Shown: one piece after another, positions 57,946-64,000 of the stretch
How positions within the stretch are numbered: position 1 is the stretch's first letter
Layout: each line of letters opens with the position of its first letter
From: a virus
Virus record (IMG/VR): IMGVR_UViG_3300028908_000007
Coordinates: 11,389 to 75,388 of that record
Strand: one strand, 5' to 3'
Length of the DNA stretch: 64,000 bases
Position numbers and translations under genes: made by a program
The notes under the pieces: model-generated
Database searches by the model: none
Told to the model about the DNA's origin: nothing
What the model saw: only the letters and a program-made list of their open reading frames with translations

Positions 57946-60900
57946 ATGGATATTGTTGGTTTATTAGATCCTAGCGATGGGGGTAATTTCCTTACCAAAC
58001 GCCGCTTTGTAGAAGAACTTAGAAAAATCGTCCTTAAAGAATTTGGATATGACAGCATTGATGATCTGCTTTCTTATTCAGGTACTATTTTTGGGGTAAT
58101 ATCTCCCACTGTAAATGGTGTATCAAATAAAGAAATAGAAGATCTTATATCAAATATTGGTTTAGTAACACTAATTCAAAATACAGATAACAATACCTAT
58201 GTAGTACGCATCGATGATCCAGGATCATTATCGGAGGTATATGATAATGTATCTAATGGGAAGTTTGACGTATCATTCTTTAAAATAGACAGCAGTAGTG
58301 GGAGCGGTAGTTCTTTTACTATCAATAAGCCGAGTATAGTAGGTCTGAATGGATTAACGTTAGAAGGGTCGTCATTTGGAACTTCTTCAGTAGCCACACC
58401 TTCTCACGACTCCAGTGACTGGGAGATTGCTTCTGATGCTAGCTTTACAAACTTAATAGTTAATAACTATGGAGATACTACAAATCTCACAACACTATCT
58501 TTAGATACTTCTATAATCGATTTAGGAGTTACATATTATGCCAGAGTACGGTATCATTCTGGTGCTACTGTTTCTGACTGGTCTGATGGTTTTACATTTA
58601 CTATTACAGATAGTATTATAAAACCGTCTATCATATCCGTAGACAATGGTAGAGAAGTAACCGCATCTGCTTTTTCAACTAACTCTGGGTATGGTTTTCC
58701 TCACGATTCCAGCGATTGGGAAGTTGCTCTGGATGCTGGTTTTACAAATATAGCTTATAGTAGCTATTCTGATAATATTCATCTTACTGAAATTGTTCTT
58801 ATAGGACTTACACAGAATACTGACTATTATCTCAGAGTTCGGTATAGGTCCGGTAACATAGTATCAGCCTGGTCTGATGCTTATAGTTTCAATAGTCTGG
58901 TATATTATCCCACACCTATATTACTGTATCCTAGTAGTAATGATACTTTTCCATATAATAACAGAGTGATATCGCATTATCCAGACGGATATAATGTTAT
59001 AGTCGATAAATACTTTGGAGATCCCTCAGTAAGTCGTCTCCATTTCAATATAAAAACCAGCACAGATAATGGTGCTACCTGGAATGTATTGGGAGGTGGT
59101 TATAGGAACTATAATCCTACAGGGTTGTATAACTTTCCTTTGAATTTACAACATGGTGAAGTTAAACTTTATAATATACAACTTAGGTGGTATGGCGCGA
59201 CAGGATACACTCCCTGGACGGATAACATCGTACTTGTAAATACTACCAATGATCTTATATCGGGAGCTTCTGTAAACTACCTGAATTATGATAATTCGTT
59301 ATATCCAAACTTTCCTGATAGTGTAAAGGATGTTTACCGATACTTTATGGAACCTACACTGGTATCTGGGAGTGTAGAAGCAATACAACATCAGTTTACA
59401 AGGGACAGGAGTTTTACTTCTGTTGATATTGATTATACATATAATGGAACAGATTATAGCGATCCTCTCTTTAATCTATACACATCTCCACACCATCAGG
59501 TAAGGATTTATAATACTTTACTTAAGAATGTCTTTGTAGATGAAGATGGAAATGGTCATAATGACCCGATCTACTATAGATCCAGAGTAAAGGTAGATGG
59601 AGTATGGCAGAGATGGAGTGTCTTATTATACACACAGAGAACTGGTACAACTTTTATTAATCAACCTACATTCCAGATACCAACGGAAGGTGCTATATTT
59701 AATAAAAATATCTTACGTTTATTTTGGAACCAAGATCGCTATATAGCAACTTCGAATCGACCGTACCATATGAAAATAGCAGGATATGAATACGTTATAG
59801 GTACTTCTGTAGATGTTAATGGAGATATTACGAACATTATAGAGCACGAGTATTTAAAACCAGGAGAACCCGATAGTGTAAGCAACAACGGTAGTTTATC
59901 TGATATTACTTTCAACATAGCACCAAGTCAGTTTTCTCCAAATACGACCTACTATATAAAAGCACGTGTAATATATGATTATTGTTTAGACACACCGTCG
60001 CAGTATAATGCCATACAACCTTATGATAATAGTAAGATCTATCACAGAGGTCCATGGTCCCCGGTAAGATCATTTTCTACGGATAGTTCCTTTACGAGTT
60101 TTTCTCCAATAGATGACTTTATGATCTTTGGAGAAGATAACGAGCTGGGTATTCCTCAGAACGTTTCTTTCTTTTCTAAGAAAGTTTCTATTGGATTACC
60201 TACTGGAACATACTCCAATGATGCTAGAAAACGAATATTAGAAACACTGATATACGATAGTAATGATAATCTAATACTTGGTAAGTTAAAATCAACTAGG
60301 GTACAAGGTATGTTTAGCAGTACTTCTGCATCAGACTCTGCTTATAATACCACACAAATACCATACGATCATACTTTTCTACATTTACAGAAAGGAGAGA
60401 CATATAAGGTAAGATATAGATATCTAGGCAATGGAGACGATAGTTCTCCAAACACATACCCATATGACCATGTCAGTCCTTGGGGTGAGAAGACATTTAC
60501 TGTAAATAGAGACTCAGATAGCAGAACACTGTATCCAATTGCTCCGTTCTCGTCTGATGTAGTAAAGGATATCTTTTATGTAGGAAACAATACAGTATAT
60601 GTTATAGCGACTTCCGGTAGCTATAATCTTAAAGTATATGCTTTAGACATGGCTACAGGTACTTGGACTCAAAAAGCATCACTACTGAATACAGTATGGA
60701 CTGTATGGTATCGGGATACACCACTTGCCTATAATCCAACACATAACAGAATAGAAAGTATATCTACTATAAATGGAGAACTTGGGAAAATTCGTGCATA
60801 TGACATAGCCACGGATACTTGGTCTGTTATCCATGACTTTAGTAGCACTTGGCCTGAACTGGCATGTAATAAATTCATGCACAGTCAGTGGTTGGGAGGA

Positions 60901-61818
60901 ATGGTAATACTGGGTGGTACCTTTTTAGGGACAGAACCCTATTTCTATGGATATAGGATGTCTAATAAAGCATACTTGATAAAAGATAGTGATGGTAGTG
61001 TTGAGGCCTTACCAGATTGTCCTGTATATGTGAATAGATATTATACTAACCTATTTGAACTCAATAATGAAATATTTCTTACTGGCACGCCTTCTAACGC
61101 TACCAATAGAATAAGCTATGTCTATAAATTAACCACAGATAGTTCTGGTAACAAGGTCTGGATAAAACTCAATGATAGTAATCTGGTAGATCACTCCAGC
61201 GCTCCAATGGGATTACACTTTACAGGTGCTTGGTGTGGTGATATGAAGATGACTCAGTCTCTGGAAGGTCGATATGATGCTATAACGGATAGTTTTGAAC
61301 CTGCACCATATCTAGCTCCAAATAGTGCTGGCGATTTTGGATATAGCAGGAAGTTTGCTAAGGTCTCTGACAACGAGATTGTTGTCGTCGGCAGTTATAG
61401 TGAAAACTATGGAGAAGTTATATCAACAGACTACTCAAATCGAGCGGGTGCTTGTAAATATACTTTTTCAACAAGGAAGGATTGGAATAACAATACATAC
61501 CTATGCAAGAACATTGGTATAAATAAAAACTTAACAGCTCCTGTTATTGTGAACTATAATACAGCAAATAAGCAAATTGAATTATTAGGTACTACAGATA
61601 CATTAATAACTAGAGTTATTGAAGTATGGGATATTGGAATGACAACACTTATGGATTTGATAGAAGAGACTGTTGCACAACAAACAACGAACAATGTATT
61701 CGTTACAATAAACAACAGTACTGCACTACAGACAGGAACTCCGTATAAGGCACGAGTATTTTATAAGACAGATCTTGGAAATACTCCATGGAGTGACATC
61801 TTAGATTTTACTTATTAA
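57946..61818 (+). CDS. Large multi-Fn3 plus Kelch/beta-propeller protein; long relative of the array proteins
   Basis: Two close repeats KPSI..HDSSDWE.A.DA.FTN..YY.RVRY.SG..VS.WSD, further degenerate Fn3 units, propeller blades (DMATGTWTQKAS, YDIATDTWS, MVILGG, LPDCP) and a terminal Fn3 unit. Confidence 0.8.
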   Translation: MDIVGLLDPSDGGNFLTKRRFVEELRKIVLKEFGYDSIDDLLSYSGTIFGVISPTVNGVSNKEIEDLISNIGLVTLIQNTDNNTYVVRIDDPGSLSEVYDNVSNGKFDVSFFKIDSSSGSGSSFTINKPSIVGLNGLTLEGSSFGTSSVATPSHDSSDWEIASDASFTNLIVNNYGDTTNLTTLSLDTSIIDLGVTYYARVRYHSGATVSDWSDGFTFTITDSIIKPSIISVDNGREVTASAFSTNSGYGFPHDSSDWEVALDAGFTNIAYSSYSDNIHLTEIVLIGLTQNTDYYLRVRYRSGNIVSAWSDAYSFNSLVYYPTPILLYPSSNDTFPYNNRVISHYPDGYNVIVDKYFGDPSVSRLHFNIKTSTDNGATWNVLGGGYRNYNPTGLYNFPLNLQHGEVKLYNIQLRWYGATGYTPWTDNIVLVNTTNDLISGASVNYLNYDNSLYPNFPDSVKDVYRYFMEPTLVSGSVEAIQHQFTRDRSFTSVDIDYTYNGTDYSDPLFNLYTSPHHQVRIYNTLLKNVFVDEDGNGHNDPIYYRSRVKVDGVWQRWSVLLYTQRTGTTFINQPTFQIPTEGAIFNKNILRLFWNQDRYIATSNRPYHMKIAGYEYVIGTSVDVNGDITNIIEHEYLKPGEPDSVSNNGSLSDITFNIAPSQFSPNTTYYIKARVIYDYCLDTPSQYNAIQPYDNSKIYHRGPWSPVRSFSTDSSFTSFSPIDDFMIFGEDNELGIPQNVSFFSKKVSIGLPTGTYSNDARKRILETLIYDSNDNLILGKLKSTRVQGMFSSTSASDSAYNTTQIPYDHTFLHLQKGETYKVRYRYLGNGDDSSPNTYPYDHVSPWGEKTFTVNRDSDSRTLYPIAPFSSDVVKDIFYVGNNTVYVIATSGSYNLKVYALDMATGTWTQKASLLNTVWTVWYRDTPLAYNPTHNRIESISTINGELGKIRAYDIATDTWSVIHDFSSTWPELACNKFMHSQWLGGMVILGGTFLGTEPYFYGYRMSNKAYLIKDSDGSVEALPDCPVYVNRYYTNLFELNNEIFLTGTPSNATNRISYVYKLTTDSSGNKVWIKLNDSNLVDHSSAPMGLHFTGAWCGDMKMTQSLEGRYDAITDSFEPAPYLAPNSAGDFGYSRKFAKVSDNEIVVVGSYSENYGEVISTDYSNRAGACKYTFSTRKDWNNNTYLCKNIGINKNLTAPVIVNYNTANKQIELLGTTDTLITRVIEVWDIGMTTLMDLIEETVAQQTTNNVFVTINNSTALQTGTPYKARVFYKTDLGNTPWSDILDFTY

Positions 61819-61830
61819 TTCTTTCTGTAG

Positions 61831-61860
61831 GTCTGCTGGCTTTTGCCAGCAGACTGTTTT
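61831..61860 (+). terminator. Terminator hairpin
   Basis: GTCTGCTGGC-TTTT-GCCAGCAGAC followed by TGTTTT. Confidence 0.8.
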
Positions 61861-61866
61861 AAGATA

Positions 61867-61879
61867 TTGATATATTTAA
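61867..61879 (+). promoter_or_regulatory. Candidate phage promoter motif TTGATATATTTAA (copy 3)
   Basis: Exact repeat directly after a terminator and upstream of the nrdB-containing unit. Confidence 0.6.
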
Positions 61880-61911
61880 TTCTAGACCACCAACCAACTT
61901 TCTTTTTCTTT

Positions 61912-62598
61912 ATGACGATATCTTCCTTTCTCCTCTCGTTTGAAACACCTTACATCTCGTCAAAATACGTAGACGACATTAGCCTCTTATTGGTTACTGA
62001 TCTTGATAATCTTTTAGAGTTTGTTCAAAACGACTTAAAGATCTTTAATAAGACGCCAAAACAGATTTTAGATGCTCGGGAAGGCATTACACAGGCTTTG
62101 ACCGATATGGAAGTAAAGGACTGCACGGAAGAGATCTGTTATCATACCGAATTTGCTAATGCTGTATTCAACTATTTAAATACACTTGTTTTAGAAATAT
62201 ACAATAATGTAGGAGAAAACATCTTCCCATATAAGGTAGCAGATATCATTCCACTAGTAGATGATGTTATGTCTAAACATTTAAAAGATCTCTCTACAGC
62301 AGATCCTGACCGCTATCTTATGTTGCTGAGTAACTATTCAGCCTACTTAAAAGAAGTTGATAGATCGTATAGAATTATGACCCATAATTATATCTTAAAA
62401 CAGGTTCGTGATGAAGAAAATGATGATATCTGTCTTCTGGTAGAGGCTACTGGGAAAATGGATTTATTTGATCCTGCCAGCATAGACGCAATGATATTAC
62501 TTCTTAGAGTACTGGCTAAGAGATTGGCCATTGCTGTCGAATTCTTTTCGACTGAAGACAATGAATACACCCCACCAACAACAACCGCGTTAAACTGA
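61912..62598 (+). CDS. Hypothetical acidic helical protein
   Basis: Start placed at MTISS; TGATG coupling to nrdB. Confidence 0.65.
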   Translation: MTISSFLLSFETPYISSKYVDDISLLLVTDLDNLLEFVQNDLKIFNKTPKQILDAREGITQALTDMEVKDCTEEICYHTEFANAVFNYLNTLVLEIYNNVGENIFPYKVADIIPLVDDVMSKHLKDLSTADPDRYLMLLSNYSAYLKEVDRSYRIMTHNYILKQVRDEENDDICLLVEATGKMDLFDPASIDAMILLLRVLAKRLAIAVEFFSTEDNEYTPPTTTALN

Positions 62599-63740
62599 TG
62601 AAGCAACTTGACCTTTCTGAATTATGGGATAATCCCATTGGCACCAATAAGTCTCCTGTTAAGAATACATCTACCAATACAGAATATGCTACTTCCGATA
62701 TCTTAAATAAACAAACAACACAGGAAGATAACACTACCAACGAAGTATCAGTAGAAGATAAACGAGTAGTCAATGGTAAGTCAGATATCAATCAGCTTGC
62801 TCCATTTAAGTATGCGTGGGCTTGGGAGTTCTTTCTAAATGCCAATAAGAACCACTGGACTCCAACAGAAATTCATATTGCTCCAGATATAAAGGATTAT
62901 CAACAAAAACTAACTACCGAAGAAAAACACGTATTTGAAACAGTATTTGCCTATCTCACTACAGCAGATATATTAGCCATGAGAAATATAGGTTTGGCTG
63001 TAATGGAGAAGATGACTGCTCCTGAACTCCAAATCTATCAAGCCAGGCAGGTATATGAGGAGTCCTTACATAGCTGGAGCTATCAATATTGTGTAGAAAA
63101 CTTAGGTATCGACCAGTATGAGTTCTATAATAGATATAGAAGAATAGAGCCCATTTGGAATAAGATACAGATATCCAATAGACGTTTAGAGAAGATACTT
63201 ACTTCAGAGATAGATCTTTCCGATAAAGAAAATCTAAAGGAATTTATATTATCCTATATCTTCTTTGCTGCCATATTTGAGGGAGCGTGGTTCTATAATG
63301 GATTTAGTCCTATATATGGACTACAACGAAGAGGTCTTATGAGAAGTACCTCAGAAATGCTACAGTACATACAGAGAGACGAATCTCTGCATACATCTTT
63401 TGGTATTAGAGTAATAAAACAAATTATGATAGAGGAAGATATCCAGCTAGAAGAACAAGATCTACAAGAACTATTAGAAGAATGTCATCAAGCAGAAGAG
63501 ACCTACATAGGCTATGTGTTAAGAGATCCTATATTGGGATACAATAAAGAAGATCACATGGCACAATACAGGTTTCTTATCAATAGAAGATGGAGTATGT
63601 TGGGTTTTCAAGAACCTTACCCAGGACAGAAACAAGGACTACCGTGGTTAGATGAACAGATTAATATCAAGAAGGAAAAGAACTTCTTTGAGACAAGGGT
63701 TACAGAATATCAGGTAGGGGGAGGATTAAAGTGGGACTAA
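62598..63740 (+). CDS. nrdB: Class Ia ribonucleotide reductase beta subunit
   Basis: PFKYAWAWE..HWTPTE, TTAD, EESLH..SY (metal ligands and radical Tyr), FEGAWFY, DESLH and KNFFETRVTEYQ. Confidence 0.95.
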   Translation: MKQLDLSELWDNPIGTNKSPVKNTSTNTEYATSDILNKQTTQEDNTTNEVSVEDKRVVNGKSDINQLAPFKYAWAWEFFLNANKNHWTPTEIHIAPDIKDYQQKLTTEEKHVFETVFAYLTTADILAMRNIGLAVMEKMTAPELQIYQARQVYEESLHSWSYQYCVENLGIDQYEFYNRYRRIEPIWNKIQISNRRLEKILTSEIDLSDKENLKEFILSYIFFAAIFEGAWFYNGFSPIYGLQRRGLMRSTSEMLQYIQRDESLHTSFGIRVIKQIMIEEDIQLEEQDLQELLEECHQAEETYIGYVLRDPILGYNKEDHMAQYRFLINRRWSMLGFQEPYPGQKQGLPWLDEQINIKKEKNFFETRVTEYQVGGGLKWD

Positions 63741-64000
63741 CCATCTTTCTAGATATCGACGGGGTTCTAAATAGTCGTACCTATTTTAACTCCGTCTTAG
63801 ATATAGATCCACATAACCCTGCCGATTTTTTAGATCCATTAGCGTGTAAAAATCTCCATCATTTTTTAAACCGCTTTCGGTGTGACATCGTGTTATCGTC
63901 CACATGGAGATTATTGCACCCCATTGCTGAGATAGAAAACGCTTTAGCGCAAAACGGCTTACCACTTATCTTTACTGACAAAACAATTATTTTTGATGAT
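63731..64000 (+). CDS. HAD-superfamily phosphatase (Swiss-Army-knife RNA-repair HAD type); 3'-truncated and absent from the ORF track
   Basis: GAGG RBS plus GTG at 63731; translates as MGLTIFLDIDGVLN...IVLSSTWR and stays open to the window end. Confidence 0.85.
   Translation, partial: MGLTIFLDIDGVLNSRTYFNSVLDIDPHNPADFLDPLACKNLHHFLNRFRCDIVLSSTWRLLHPIAEIENALAQNGLPLIFTDKTIIFDD

Noticed and set aside
41069-61818. Diversity-generating retroelement or invertible shufflon acting on the Fn3-Kelch genes
   Set aside because: No reverse transcriptase, recombinase, adenine-mismatched TR/VR pair, inverted cassette or repeated crossover site was seen. All members are full-length and co-oriented. A self dot-plot would be the definitive test.
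1-64000. Stop-codon reassignment, introns or inteins in core genes
   Set aside because: Core genes are full length in code 11 and end in TAA, TAG and TGA. No intein termini or homing endonuclease ORFs were recognised.

Overview
This window is a 64 kb AT-rich, gene-dense segment of a lytic jumbo phage of the phiKZ-like (Chimalliviridae-type) group. All product calls come from motif recognition and remembered phiKZ gene order; no database search was run. Core genes recognised: three non-virion RNAP subunits (gp71-73-, gp74- and gp123-like), a virion RNAP subunit (gp149-like), an SF2 helicase, DnaB, the major capsid protein (MCP), portal, baseplate/spike proteins, RuvC, SbcC, RecA/UvsX, NrdB and two tRNAs (Ile2-CAT, Leu-TAA). 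The most unusual features are: (1) a 12 kb tandem array of six similarly sized, highly diverged proteins built as an 'LDADxLDG' anchor plus Fn3-like domains plus a beta-propeller/Kelch head, with a seventh 1290-aa relative nearby, which may be a multi-receptor adsorption system; (2) a ~1137-aa protein with a repeated module and a Q/Y/P/H prion-like tail; (3) an RNase H homologue that appears catalytically dead; (4) divergent genes whose start codons share one CATG palindrome; (5) two 86-nt structured intergenic elements and an unannotated Thr-rich 19-aa ORF with a strong RBS; (6) lysis genes split across two loci, including a signal-peptide endolysin. No CRISPR array, integrase, transposase, reverse transcriptase, intron or intein was recognised.
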